Part shown: piece after piece, positions 1-9,619 of the stretch
Layout of the letters: each line of letters starts with the position of its first letter
Numbering within the stretch: the stretch's first letter is position 1
From: Spirochaetota bacterium
Lineage (GTDB): Bacteria > Spirochaetota > UBA4802 > JAFGDQ01
NCBI GenBank assembly: GCA_043803405.1
Contig: JAZDKB010000009.1
Coordinates: 218,265-282,264, forward strand
DNA: 64,000 bases
Reading direction: 5' to 3'
Program-made: the position numbers and the translations under genes
The notes under the pieces: generated by a model
What the model saw: only the letters and a program-made list of their open reading frames with translations
Database searches by the model: none
Told to the model about the DNA's origin: nothing

Positions 1-194
1 GCATCAAAGGCCCGAAAGGAGAAACGGTTTTCAATCCGGATAGTATAATAATGACACAGTTTGAACCAGATGCCGCATGGCGGAAAACGGCTTTCGGCAT
101 TTCAAAGGAAATATATTTTATAGGCGACGCAAAAAAACCGAGGCGTCTTCTGAATGCTATACACGATGGTTATCGTATGGGGATGGCGCTATGA
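1..194 (+). CDS. 3' end of an FAD-dependent oxidoreductase (NADH:flavin oxidoreductase/2,4-dienoyl-CoA reductase-like), truncated by the window edge
   Basis: Frame 3 reads ...EIYFIGDAKKPRRLLNAIHDGYRMGMAL*, a typical IGDA..PR...AI..G C-terminal motif. Its stop overlaps the next ATG (ATGA at 191-194). Confidence 0.7.
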   Translation, partial: IKGPKGETVFNPDSIIMTQFEPDAAWRKTAFGISKEIYFIGDAKKPRRLLNAIHDGYRMGMAL

Positions 195-406
195 TACCGA
201 TTATTGATAAAGATACTTGTTCAGGCTGCACCAACTGTGTTGAGATATGTCCTCCGCAGGCAATATCCATGATTAACGGAACAGCTTTTATTGAAGTTGA
301 ATTATGCGAGGAATGCGGCTTTTGCGCAGCCGAATGCCCGGTTGATGCTATCTCGATACATTTCCCGTTATCAGGGAATGATATAATTCCATCCGGAAAA
401 AAATAA
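191..406 (+). CDS. 2x[4Fe-4S] ferredoxin
   Basis: Two CxxCxxCxxxCP motifs (CSGCTNCVEICP, CEECGFCAAECP). The start is more likely ATG 191 than 77. Confidence 0.9.
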   Translation: MIPIIDKDTCSGCTNCVEICPPQAISMINGTAFIEVELCEECGFCAAECPVDAISIHFPLSGNDIIPSGKK

Positions 407-477
407 TTTAGAGTACGTCCCAAATAAGGCCGGTAATACATTCAGTCTGCAAATTCAGAAAAATCTTTAAGTCGATC

Positions 478-1233
478 CTACTTCCTTTTGAAAAAGCCCT
501 CTATACGCTGCCGGAATTCTTCTTTGCCGGATAATTCAACAATAAATTCACGTTCCTTATCCAGATGAGCTTCCAGTCCCGAATACAGGGACTGATTTAC
601 CAGTTCCTTAAAATATTTAATTGTTTCCATCGGCAGGGCTTTGACTTCGTCAATCAATTTTTGAAGGCTTGCTTCCAGCTCTTCAGCTTCCACCATAAAA
701 TTGACCAGCCCAAGTTCCTGCGCCTTTTCCATAGTAATATTACGTGAAAGAAGATACAGCTCATTAAATTTTAATGCTCCGACTATCCGCGAAATCAGAA
801 TGCTTCCGCCGCCGTCGGGCGTAAGGCCGATCCTCCTGTAACCCAGATTCATAATAGTTTTCTTTTCAGCAATAGTCAGATCACAGGCAGCAGCCAGGCC
901 CGCGCCCGCTCCTATTGCAACGCCTTCCAGAACCGCAATAAATACAGCGCTGCTGTTCCTTATCATCTTAATGCTGTCATTAAGGAGAGTCGCCTCTGTA
1001 ATAACCGTAGCTTTCTTATCGCCGGCATCTTTAAAATCAGCAAGGTCTCCGCCCGAGCAAAAGTTTTTTCCCGCTCCTCTTAAAACAACAATTGAAGGCT
1101 TCTTTGCTTCAACTTTCTTCAAAGTATCAAAGAGAGCCTGAAACAATGCAAAATTCATCGCATTTTTTTTATCAGGTCTGTTTAACGTAATTGTGCATAC
1201 GTCCTCTTTGTATGTTTCAAATACTTCGTTCAC
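478..1233 (-). CDS. enoyl-CoA hydratase/isomerase family protein
   Basis: TITLNRPDKKNAM, FCSGGDL, GLTPDGGGS crotonase motifs. Confidence 0.9.
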   Translation of the reverse strand: MNEVFETYKEDVCTITLNRPDKKNAMNFALFQALFDTLKKVEAKKPSIVVLRGAGKNFCSGGDLADFKDAGDKKATVITEATLLNDSIKMIRNSSAVFIAVLEGVAIGAGAGLAAACDLTIAEKKTIMNLGYRRIGLTPDGGGSILISRIVGALKFNELYLLSRNITMEKAQELGLVNFMVEAEELEASLQKLIDEVKALPMETIKYFKELVNQSLYSGLEAHLDKEREFIVELSGKEEFRQRIEGFFKRK

Positions 1234-1294
1234 GTGTTGCCTCCTGTAACAGCAGCAGATCCGACTAATTGTTTATCATATAAATACTTATCAG

Positions 1295-1864
1295 TTAGCT
1301 GCCTGAATTGTTTGATTTTTCATTCATTTTTTGTTTTAACTTTTTTACAAGAACGCTGAAGTCTTTCGGGAATATTTCCGAAATCCTTATGTCGCTTGGA
1401 AGAGATTCAAAATATTCTATAGCGATCCTTTGAACATTCAGGTTAGTGCTGTTTATAGCTGATTTAATCGGCCCGCCAATAAACGCGTTCGGGAGTAATT
1501 TAATGGCTTCAGCGGCCGCTATTGGCTCTTTTGGAGAAGCATAGTTATACGATTCGGTTTTATCGTGAACACCTGTAAAATTGGATTCTATAATACCCAT
1601 AATAGCGCGGGCTGCAGCTATATGAAGTTTCTTCAGCGATTCGGTTGTCTCTTTATATATCTTTAATTGTTTGCTTTCACTGTCCCTCGGCATCCTGGGC
1701 AGATCATTCAGCTTTTTAAGCGAATTTAATTTTATTTGAATGTCTTCTTTCTGCACTGAACGGGCAATATCTTCAGCCATGGATATTATCCCTTTAAAAT
1801 AGTCGACATCGTATAAATTTTTAGTATTGGACATATTCATTCTCCTTTTAAAAAATATATTCAA
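1295..1864 (-). CDS. hypothetical protein (start probably around 1834-1840)
   Basis: Open 189-aa frame with AGGAG before MNMSNT; no recognisable motif. Confidence 0.6.
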   Translation of the reverse strand: MNIFFKRRMNMSNTKNLYDVDYFKGIISMAEDIARSVQKEDIQIKLNSLKKLNDLPRMPRDSESKQLKIYKETTESLKKLHIAAARAIMGIIESNFTGVHDKTESYNYASPKEPIAAAEAIKLLPNAFIGGPIKSAINSTNLNVQRIAIEYFESLPSDIRISEIFPKDFSVLVKKLKQKMNEKSNNSGS

Positions 1865-1868
1865 TCAA

Positions 1869-2345
1869 TTAAAAATTTTTATTGGCATAGATAATAAGCA
1901 TATCTCTATTTAAGCTTTTTAGCTTATTTTTACTATTTTCCTCCATTGTAATCCATGCTTCGCGGGCTGCGATAACGGAGCTGATGCCGAATGTTCCTAT
2001 TAAAAGCGCAGGCTTATAATCCTGCCAAACGCTTACGCCAGTATTCTGCTTTCTTACCAGCCCGTATGTATAAAGACCGGCAAAAGTGATAATAAAAACA
2101 AACGGCGCCGAAATAAAAAACGCGATTTCAAACCTGCGAAACGGGCTTTCCTGTTCCCCGATTTGTACCGGTTCGTCCGGCTTATCCGTAGATTTGTTTT
2201 TAATAGCCAAGTAACCTGACATTTCATATTGCAGATAATCCTGCGACGAACTTCTCCAGTATGGGATCTCCCCGTATCCGTTTAGTGTCATTTGCATTAT
2301 TAAGAAAAAAATTATTGATATATATTTTAAAATTTTCAAATGCAC
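1869..2345 (-). CDS. hypothetical membrane protein
   Basis: N-terminal hydrophobic segment plus two TM-like stretches; co-oriented with mtnP. Confidence 0.6.
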   Translation of the reverse strand: MHLKILKYISIIFFLIMQMTLNGYGEIPYWRSSSQDYLQYEMSGYLAIKNKSTDKPDEPVQIGEQESPFRRFEIAFFISAPFVFIITFAGLYTYGLVRKQNTGVSVWQDYKPALLIGTFGISSVIAAREAWITMEENSKNKLKSLNRDMLIIYANKNF

Positions 2346-2366
2346 GAGGATTCCTTATAGTTAAAA

Positions 2367-3227
2367 TTAAAAATATGCCGGAAATATTTTTTTTAGCTTT
2401 TTCTTTTGTGAAATATTCTGCTTCCCCTGAGCAGTTATGATCGAATTTTTAACCGCGTCTTTGCATTCGCATGTCCTGTTCCCGCCCATCTTAGGCAGTA
2501 AAGCCATCATCAGTTTTTTCGCATTGTCGGCGTTTTTATGAAGATTTTCTATTAACATCTCAACAGTAACATGGGCTTCATCCACTTTCCAGCAGTCGTA
2601 ATCCGTGCTCATGCAGATAACGGCATAGCATATTTCAGCTTCACGGGCGAGCTTGGCTTCAGGCAACGTGCTCATGTTTATAACGCCGGCTCCCCACGAT
2701 CTGTACAAATTACTCTCAGCTCTTGTTGAAAACGCAGGTCCCTCCATACAGATAACGGTTTCGTTCGTATGGAGCCGGATGCCAGTTGATTCGGCAACCG
2801 GTTTAATTATTTCATGAAGCCTGGAACAAAACGGATCGGCAAACGCAATGTGTCCTGCTATACCGTCGCCGAAAAAAGTACTCGGCCTGGTTTTGGTCCT
2901 GTCTATTACCTGGTCAGGAAGCACAAAGTCCAGCGGCTTTATTTTCTCTTTCAGGCTGCCGACAGCGGAAAACGCAATAATCTCTTCAACACCGATCATT
3001 TTAAGAGCCGCAATATTTGCCAGCGAATTGACTTCATGGGGAAGGATAAAATGCCCTCTGCCGTGCCTGGGAAGAAAAGCCGTGTCAACGCCTTCCACTT
3101 TTGCTATTACTATTGAGTCGGACGGTTTTCCCCAGGGAGTATCCATATTTAATTCATCAAGAATTTCAACTCCGTCAATTTCGTAAATACCCGAACCGCC
3201 TATTACGCCAACCTTTACATTTTCCAT
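2367..3227 (-). CDS. mtnP: S-methyl-5'-thioadenosine phosphorylase
   Basis: GVIGGSG, FLPRHGRGH, MEGPAFSTRAES, TDYDCW motifs. Confidence 0.95.
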   Translation of the reverse strand: MENVKVGVIGGSGIYEIDGVEILDELNMDTPWGKPSDSIVIAKVEGVDTAFLPRHGRGHFILPHEVNSLANIAALKMIGVEEIIAFSAVGSLKEKIKPLDFVLPDQVIDRTKTRPSTFFGDGIAGHIAFADPFCSRLHEIIKPVAESTGIRLHTNETVICMEGPAFSTRAESNLYRSWGAGVINMSTLPEAKLAREAEICYAVICMSTDYDCWKVDEAHVTVEMLIENLHKNADNAKKLMMALLPKMGGNRTCECKDAVKNSIITAQGKQNISQKKKLKKIFPAYF

Positions 3228-3469
3228 TTCATTTTTTCCTGCATAAATATTTTTCTGATGATTTAGAATAAAAATATTTTCATGTCAAGTTAAAATCGCA
3301 CTTAACCAGTTTCCTATTATCTGCGATAGGAGTTAGTAAGCGTCAATAAATGAAATAATTTTTGAATGCACAATCATCGCCGGTAATTATAAAAAACCGG
3401 CATTACGATAAAATTTCCACAAGGAACCGGAAATTTTTTGGTAAAAAGCTGATTATAAAAATAGACCTC

Positions 3470-3529
3470 ATGTAGCGTTCATTACATTCTATGTAGCATT
3501 CATTACATCGTACGTAGCGTTCATGACAA
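3470..3529 (+). promoter_or_regulatory. three 18-bp direct repeats at 21-bp period upstream of the cas6 promoter (probable transcription-factor sites)
   Basis: ATGTAGCGTTCATTACAT (3470), ATGTAGCATTCATTACAT (3491), ACGTAGCGTTCATGACAA (3512); a -35-like TTTACA follows at 3535. Confidence 0.65.
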
Positions 3530-3591
3530 ACCGCTTTACATTAAAAAAAATTATGATAATATCCACAGAATAATGTTTAACATTAGCGCTC

Positions 3592-4428
3592 ATGAAGGAT
3601 AACACAATGAGGTTTACTATTGAAATTATACTTAAAGGCAAACCACCGTTTATATTGCCTTCCAATTACAGAAGAAATATAGTCGGTTTTATAAGACAGG
3701 CTGTTAAATCAAGTACTATAGCTCATAATACATACAATGAATATTGGGGAGATAATAATAATACCAATACCCAAAAACTAAAACCGTATACCTTTTTTCT
3801 TTCTGTTACGGGCTTCCATTATATTGACCTTGATGATAAAAAATATTTACAATTAAACGACGGATTAATTAAACTGCACATATCTTCCAGCGATTCAAAT
3901 TTCTTATCGATCCTGTACGATGGGCTCATAAACTTTCAAAGGTCATATAAATTATTTAATTATTCCATCGAGTTCAAAGAAATCTTTTTAAAAAAATTCA
4001 GGGCAATTAATGCCAACTTTGTTAATTTTAAAATTCTATCTCCGATTATAGTAAGAAATATAGCAATAGACGGGGAAAAAAGAAAAAGCATGGGATATCT
4101 GGCCTGCAGTGAAAATACTTTTAAGGATTCTCTTACGCACTCAATCCTGACCTTATGCAAAAAATTAAATTATAACCGAGAAATCAAACTCGACGATATA
4201 GAAATAGATACTACGGAATGCATTACTACAAAAATTTATCATTACCAGGAAACCATCCCCGGAATAGTCGGCAATATAGGGATCAAGGCAAGCGAAGATG
4301 TTCTTGGATTTATTTACGATACAGGCCTTGGAGCAAGACGAAGCCAGGGATTCGGTATGGTTGACTTAGTGAATGAATTTGATTATCACAACATGGTTCC
4401 GGATAAAAAACCGGCTTTAAAATATTAA
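3592..4428 (+). CDS. cas6: CRISPR-associated endoribonuclease Cas6 (orphan in this window)
   Basis: N-terminal LPSNY, KPYTF, LSPIIVR and C-terminal Gly-rich loop GLGARRSQGFG. Confidence 0.9.
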   Translation: MKDNTMRFTIEIILKGKPPFILPSNYRRNIVGFIRQAVKSSTIAHNTYNEYWGDNNNTNTQKLKPYTFFLSVTGFHYIDLDDKKYLQLNDGLIKLHISSSDSNFLSILYDGLINFQRSYKLFNYSIEFKEIFLKKFRAINANFVNFKILSPIIVRNIAIDGEKRKSMGYLACSENTFKDSLTHSILTLCKKLNYNREIKLDDIEIDTTECITTKIYHYQETIPGIVGNIGIKASEDVLGFIYDTGLGARRSQGFGMVDLVNEFDYHNMVPDKKPALKY

Positions 4429-4679
4429 AATAAATACTCTATATCTTCACAAGGTTTCCTTCCGGACTTAACATAACCGCAATCAATATTCAAGATATTC
4501 AGCTTCTGTTTTTCGAAACGCAATTTAAATAATCCTGCTGTTTTTATCGCCCTGCGGCAAGCCGATTTTAATTTGACAAAATCATATCCCTCTGTTTTCT
4601 GTAATTAATGTTAAACAGGTTATTTAAAGTCATCTCAAAAAAATAATGCTTATTATTTTCATGCAATACCGGAGGCAAT

Positions 4680-5996
4680 ATGATTGAAAAAATCTTTAAA
4701 CTTAAAGAACACAACACAAATATAAAGACTGAGGTATTGGCCGGAATTACCACTTTCATGACAATGGCTTATATTATAGCGGCAAATCCGCTTATACTGT
4801 CAGCCGCAGGCATGGACAAGGGCGCGGTAGTGCTTGCTACATGTATTGTAAGCGGTATAATCACGATCCTGATGGGTTTATACTCCAACTACCCTATAGC
4901 ACTTGCGCCGGGCATGGGCATTAACGCATTCTTTGCATTTACAATATGCAAAGCGATGGGCATTGACTGGCGTATAGGCCTTGGCTTCTTTTTTATAGAA
5001 GGTATTATTATTTTAATAATAACCATGACAAAACTCAGAGAAGCGGTCATTAACTCAATCCCTATGTCATTAAAATGTGCTGTAAGCGTGGGGATCGGCC
5101 TTTTCCTTGCGTTTATAGGATTTGAAAACGCGGGTTTTATCGCAGGATCGCCTGCCACATTCGTAACAATGGCACAGATAAGCAGCCCGGATGTATATCC
5201 TAAAATTATCCTTGTATCAATAGTATTGATTACTACGACAATTCTGCTCGTCAAGCGCATAAAAGGAGCCATCCTTATCGGGATCGTCATCGGGACATTG
5301 CTCAGCTTTATCCCGTTTTTCCACTCAAAGGGCGAAGCATTAAAAATTCTTGATCCGTCATTAGCGCCCGTATTGTTTGAACTCGATATTCTAGGAGCTT
5401 TTAAATGGTCATTCGCAGCATTAATCTTTACGCTGCTATTTGTAGATTTTTTCGATACGGCTGGAACGGTTATAGGTCTCGCTGTCAAAGCAAAATTTGT
5501 CGATGATAACGGTAAAATTCCCAGGATAGGCAGAGTGCTTATTGCAGATTCAGTCGGGCCGGTACTTGCCGCGCTATGCGGAACATCCACAGTTACATCG
5601 TATATTGAAAGCGCAGCAGGCATAGAAGAAGGAGGCAGAACCGGCCTTACTGCAGTTGTTACTGGCATACTGTTTCTGATAGCAATAATAGCCGCTCCTC
5701 TTGTAGGTTTTATTCCTTCAGCTGCGGTCGCGCCTGTATTGATTATCGTTGGTATAATGATGATGGATTCCGTTTCAAGAATTGATTTTTCCGATTACTC
5801 CGAAGCAGTCCCAGCATTCATAACAATATCGGTTATGCCGTTTACTTACAGTATATCCAACGGCATATTCATGGGATTTTTATCCTATGTATTAATAAAA
5901 ATGCTTTCAGGGAAGGCAAAGGAAGTATCCGGCATTATGTATGTGCTCGCAGTCTTCTTTTTATTATTCTTTATACTCAGCCCTGTATATAAATAA
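4680..5996 (+). CDS. NCS2/AzgA-family purine permease
   Basis: TEVLAGITTFMTMAYII, ALAPGMG, YIESAAGI..GGRTGLTA motifs; many TM segments. Confidence 0.93.
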   Translation: MIEKIFKLKEHNTNIKTEVLAGITTFMTMAYIIAANPLILSAAGMDKGAVVLATCIVSGIITILMGLYSNYPIALAPGMGINAFFAFTICKAMGIDWRIGLGFFFIEGIIILIITMTKLREAVINSIPMSLKCAVSVGIGLFLAFIGFENAGFIAGSPATFVTMAQISSPDVYPKIILVSIVLITTTILLVKRIKGAILIGIVIGTLLSFIPFFHSKGEALKILDPSLAPVLFELDILGAFKWSFAALIFTLLFVDFFDTAGTVIGLAVKAKFVDDNGKIPRIGRVLIADSVGPVLAALCGTSTVTSYIESAAGIEEGGRTGLTAVVTGILFLIAIIAAPLVGFIPSAAVAPVLIIVGIMMMDSVSRIDFSDYSEAVPAFITISVMPFTYSISNGIFMGFLSYVLIKMLSGKAKEVSGIMYVLAVFFLLFFILSPVYK

Positions 5997-6032
5997 AAAT
6001 TTTTAAAATTATATATAATGTTGAATCCAAAT

Positions 6033-6067
6033 ACCGCGCGGGGCACAGTCTGCGCGGTTTTTATTTT
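6033..6067 (+). terminator. intrinsic terminator after the permease
   Basis: ACCGCGCGG...CTGCGCGGT stem followed by a T tract. Confidence 0.7.
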
Positions 6068-6204
6068 CCCGCCGAATATCCGGAACAAATCCGAAAATCT
6101 GTTTGTAATTATGCGATATCAGTATAATATTATTTTAAAATTTTAGCTTGATTTCTTTCATGTTTATGGCGCATGATATCCGGATTAATATTTTTGGAGG
6201 GATT

Positions 6205-7692
6205 ATGACGGGGAAAACATATTATACTAATAATAAGCAAAATGATAACGGAATATACAATAATTCATTAAAAGCATTAACCGTTATATTAATTTTTTTT
6301 ATCTTTGTTATATCCTGTATAATAATAACCGGAAAAAAAAGCTTTGCAGAATCAAATATCAGTTATAACCAGAAAGGCAATTTTGAACTTGGCGGCAGTT
6401 TTGGGACGCCATCTGGTTTGAATGCAAGATACTGGTTTACAAATAAGTACGGCCTGGATGTGAATGCAGGTGTTTCGCTCGACAAGCAACCTGTATTCAC
6501 TTTTGACTTCTTAGTTGAAGATTACAAACTTTACAGATCGAGCACTTGGGAGTCCAGATTCTTTTACGGAGTGGGCGCGCTTTTCTCAAAAGAAGATGAC
6601 GAGTTCAAAAACAACCTGAGGGTCCCTTTAGGACTATCTTTTCCTATGCTTCAATATCCTATTACTTTTTCTTTTTATGTTGCTCCTGCGTTAGTACTAA
6701 ATCCAAAGTCCGAATTTGAAATGAACTGGGGGATAGGAGTAAGATATAATTTTTCAAGAGCTTCTGAAATACGGGAGAATCAATACAGACTTGAAAGAGA
6801 AGTAGGAAAGCTGGAAAGGGATGTTGAATCTCTTAAACATGGTCTGGATACTACTAAAGGGAAGCTTAGCGAGACAGAAGGAATGCTTTCCAGCACCAAG
6901 GGAAAACTTGCCGAGAAAGAAGGAGAGCTTAGCGCGACAAAAGGCAAAGTCGATGAACTGAGTCAAAGGCTTGGCGATCTGAAAGTTAAGCTCGATAAGA
7001 CCGCGACAGAACTTGATACTGCAAAAACGAAATTATCTTCAACAACCGTAGAACTCGCCAGCACAAAAAATCAGCTGGACGAAGTAAAAACCGAGCTAAA
7101 TAATACTAAAAAAAATCTGAACGAGAAGCAGACTGAATTAGCAAAAAAGCAGACTGAGCTTAATAATGCAAAAGTAATTATAGAAAATGCTTACACAGGG
7201 AAAAAGAAACAGGAAGAAGAAGAAAAAATCGCTTTAAGGCAAAAGGAACTAAATGAACAGGTAGTGCAATTAGATTCGCAAAAGAAATCATGGGAAAAAA
7301 TAAAAACAAAAGAAGCCCAAAAAAGAGAGGATTTAAAAAAGAAATGTGCGGAGAGAGGCGGCGTTATTGATGAATTCGGATATTGCACATGCCCGGAAAA
7401 CCAGGAATGGGATCCAAGAACGGATAAATGTGTATGCGTAAAAGGATATCAAAGAAATCTGCCGACCGAAAAATGCAAACCATGCGAAACAATAAAAGAA
7501 AGCGGCGCGTGCGCAGACGGCAATTGCGAAGATTACGAAGCAAAAGTTCAGTTAAAGACCGGAGCGCATAAATATATATGTGTTAAAAAATGCCGTAAAA
7601 ATAATGAAGCATGGTCAAAGAGAAAGAACGATTGCGTTTGCAGGGACGGCTATTACAGGGACGACAAAGGCGAATGCGTTAAGAGACAGTAA
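6205..7692 (+). CDS. exported protein: small OM beta-barrel-like domain + long coiled coil + Cys-rich C-terminal repeats
   Basis: GGAGG RBS before ATG 6205; hydrophobic leader; amphipathic strands ending WGIGVRYNF; heptad repeats (TKGKLSE/TKGKLAE/TKNQLDE); CxC-containing repeats. Confidence 0.7.
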   Translation: MTGKTYYTNNKQNDNGIYNNSLKALTVILIFFIFVISCIIITGKKSFAESNISYNQKGNFELGGSFGTPSGLNARYWFTNKYGLDVNAGVSLDKQPVFTFDFLVEDYKLYRSSTWESRFFYGVGALFSKEDDEFKNNLRVPLGLSFPMLQYPITFSFYVAPALVLNPKSEFEMNWGIGVRYNFSRASEIRENQYRLEREVGKLERDVESLKHGLDTTKGKLSETEGMLSSTKGKLAEKEGELSATKGKVDELSQRLGDLKVKLDKTATELDTAKTKLSSTTVELASTKNQLDEVKTELNNTKKNLNEKQTELAKKQTELNNAKVIIENAYTGKKKQEEEEKIALRQKELNEQVVQLDSQKKSWEKIKTKEAQKREDLKKKCAERGGVIDEFGYCTCPENQEWDPRTDKCVCVKGYQRNLPTEKCKPCETIKESGACADGNCEDYEAKVQLKTGAHKYICVKKCRKNNEAWSKRKNDCVCRDGYYRDDKGECVKRQ

Positions 7693-7710
7693 ATAAACGG
7701 AGGAAATATT

Positions 7711-8490
7711 ATGAATTATGCAAAAAGAGAATGGATAGCGGTTGGGATATCCGTGATCGTTACAGTTATATTTATCGCTTTAATGACTGTCTTTCTGGGA
7801 AAAGGCCCGCTGGGCATCATGCTGTTCGGCACGGATTCAGCCTACTATCCTTTTACTTTGTACAACCTGATGTATCTTTTCTTTTTTATAGGACTGGGCC
7901 AGCTCTGGATAAGGTGGCTAAGCACTTATGAAGAAAAAGTCTTTTTAAAAAAGGCAGGCTTTCTTCCGGAAGGAGAGAAAGAAATGCTTTCGAGCGAAGA
8001 TGAAATCGAAAAAATAAGAGTGAATGTTTCAAACGCGGTTGTGAGGGGTGAAGCCTTTCTCCCGGGATTAATAAACAATTGCATTAACCAGTTTATTAAA
8101 TCGCATTCCGTAAGTGACACCATTTCGGTTCTTAACAGCGATCTTGAACTGAACATTCACAGGCTGGATCTCCGCTATTCGATGTGCAGATATATTGTTT
8201 GGGCTATACCGACATTCGGATTTATAGGGACTGTCGTGGGCATTGCTGGCGCCCTGACTCAACTGGATATTGTTAAATTCATGGGAAGCCAGACGGATAA
8301 AGTCACACAATTTAAAGCGCTTGCTTCTGACCTGGGATTCGCTTTTGACACAACAATTGTCGCGCTGGTACTCAGCTCCATATTTGTTTTTATTTTGCAT
8401 ATTGTCCAGAGCGGTGAAGAAGAGATTTTAAACAGATCAGGTAAATACGTGCTTACTAATTTTATCAACAAGCTCTCTTTAAAAAAATAA
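7711..8490 (+). CDS. MotA/TolQ/ExbB proton-channel family protein
   Basis: WAIPTFGFIGTVVGI and LGFAFDTTIVAL TM motifs. Confidence 0.88.
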   Translation: MNYAKREWIAVGISVIVTVIFIALMTVFLGKGPLGIMLFGTDSAYYPFTLYNLMYLFFFIGLGQLWIRWLSTYEEKVFLKKAGFLPEGEKEMLSSEDEIEKIRVNVSNAVVRGEAFLPGLINNCINQFIKSHSVSDTISVLNSDLELNIHRLDLRYSMCRYIVWAIPTFGFIGTVVGIAGALTQLDIVKFMGSQTDKVTQFKALASDLGFAFDTTIVALVLSSIFVFILHIVQSGEEEILNRSGKYVLTNFINKLSLKK

Positions 8491-8508
8491 ATTAACAGGC
8501 GTACGATT

Positions 8509-9555
8509 ATGAAACGTCCTAACAGAGATTATAATATATTTAATATTTCCATGCTGGATACGATATCGGGCGCGTTGGGCGCTGTAATGATTATCATGAT
8601 TGTGCTTTTAACGCAAAAGATCGGTATCGAATCCATGTCGTGTCAGGATATTAAAGAAGAACTGGTTACGGCTTCGGGTAAATTAAGCGAGACCAAAGAG
8701 GAGTTGAGGCTCACCAGGCTGGAGTTGAGCAAAAAGATTATTGAGACACCGGCTGCAGCCGAAAAGGTATCCGCAGTTACAAAGATAATTGATGCAACAA
8801 CCGAATCGATAAAGCAGACGATTAAAAAAGTTGTCGATATTAAAAAAGAACTCTTTGATTCCCGGCCAAAAGAAGACAGCATGGCTTTTAAAATCCCAAA
8901 TAGACTGGTCATGATTATTGATCTTTCGGGCAGCATGGCTCCCGAAAACAATAAATATAAAGAAGACAGGCTTTCGCAGCTGAAAGCAGCTCTTAAAATG
9001 TTTATAGCAGGGATGGATCAGAATTATGCAATCGATATTGTTTTTTTCCCGGCTTTTCCTGAAAATATCGACAGAAAGATTTATCCCGATTTTAAGATAA
9101 AGCCGGAACTGGACGAGAGGTGCAAAAAATTCGAGATGCGGGATGAAGCATACGACAGCAGAGACTTAATATGCTATAAATATGGGTATTTTGAAGGCGG
9201 TCTTAAAAAAATATTATCCGAAGATGATAAATATAACTTTTACAGAAAGATCGCGTGCCTTAAAGCATATCACGATACTCCCACCGAAGAAGCGCTTGAC
9301 TTTGTCCTTAGCAGCAGCATGTATAAGGATGCCGAAGGCATTATTCTTTTGAGCGACGGCCAGCCGGATTCGCTGAGAAAAAATAAAAAAACAATTGCAG
9401 GACTGCTTAAAAGCATAAAAGATAAAAATAAAACAAAGAAAAAGATATTTACTGTGGGTGTCGGGACAGAATTCCGCAATAATGAAGATACCCTTGCAGT
9501 GGATTTCTCAAAAAAGCTTGCGGCGCAGAACGAAGGATTTTATATTGGTTTTTAA
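8509..9555 (+). CDS. membrane-anchored vWA-domain protein with an ExbD/MotB-like Asp-containing TM helix
   Basis: FNISMLDTISGALGAVMIIMIVL anchor; MIDAS DLSGS, TPT, LLSDGQP. Confidence 0.8.
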   Translation: MKRPNRDYNIFNISMLDTISGALGAVMIIMIVLLTQKIGIESMSCQDIKEELVTASGKLSETKEELRLTRLELSKKIIETPAAAEKVSAVTKIIDATTESIKQTIKKVVDIKKELFDSRPKEDSMAFKIPNRLVMIIDLSGSMAPENNKYKEDRLSQLKAALKMFIAGMDQNYAIDIVFFPAFPENIDRKIYPDFKIKPELDERCKKFEMRDEAYDSRDLICYKYGYFEGGLKKILSEDDKYNFYRKIACLKAYHDTPTEEALDFVLSSSMYKDAEGIILLSDGQPDSLRKNKKTIAGLLKSIKDKNKTKKKIFTVGVGTEFRNNEDTLAVDFSKKLAAQNEGFYIGF

Positions 9556-9619
9556 GAGGCAATCTATACCCGCAAAAGGCGGCAGTTTCAAGATAAATAC
9601 AAATTATGGAGAATAATAA

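Noticed and set aside
77..190. N-terminal extension of the ferredoxin ORF
   Set aside because: Overlaps the upstream oxidoreductase in another frame; ATG 191 gives a typical ferredoxin
3470..3529. Mini CRISPR array next to cas6
   Set aside because: The units are 18 bp separated by only 3 bp, so there are no spacer-length unique sequences
4430..4680. Purine riboswitch before the permease, and FMN riboswitch before ribD
   Set aside because: No recognisable aptamer consensus here; ribD overlaps its upstream gene and has no leader
4889..5668. 259-aa minus-strand ORF
   Set aside because: Antisense shadow of the NCS2 permease
7711..9555. Canonical Zorya, Tol-Pal or flagellar stator
   Set aside because: The partner lacks an OmpA-like peptidoglycan-binding domain, the MotA-like protein lacks a long ZorA tail, and no zorC/D/E, tolA/B or flagellar genes are adjacent
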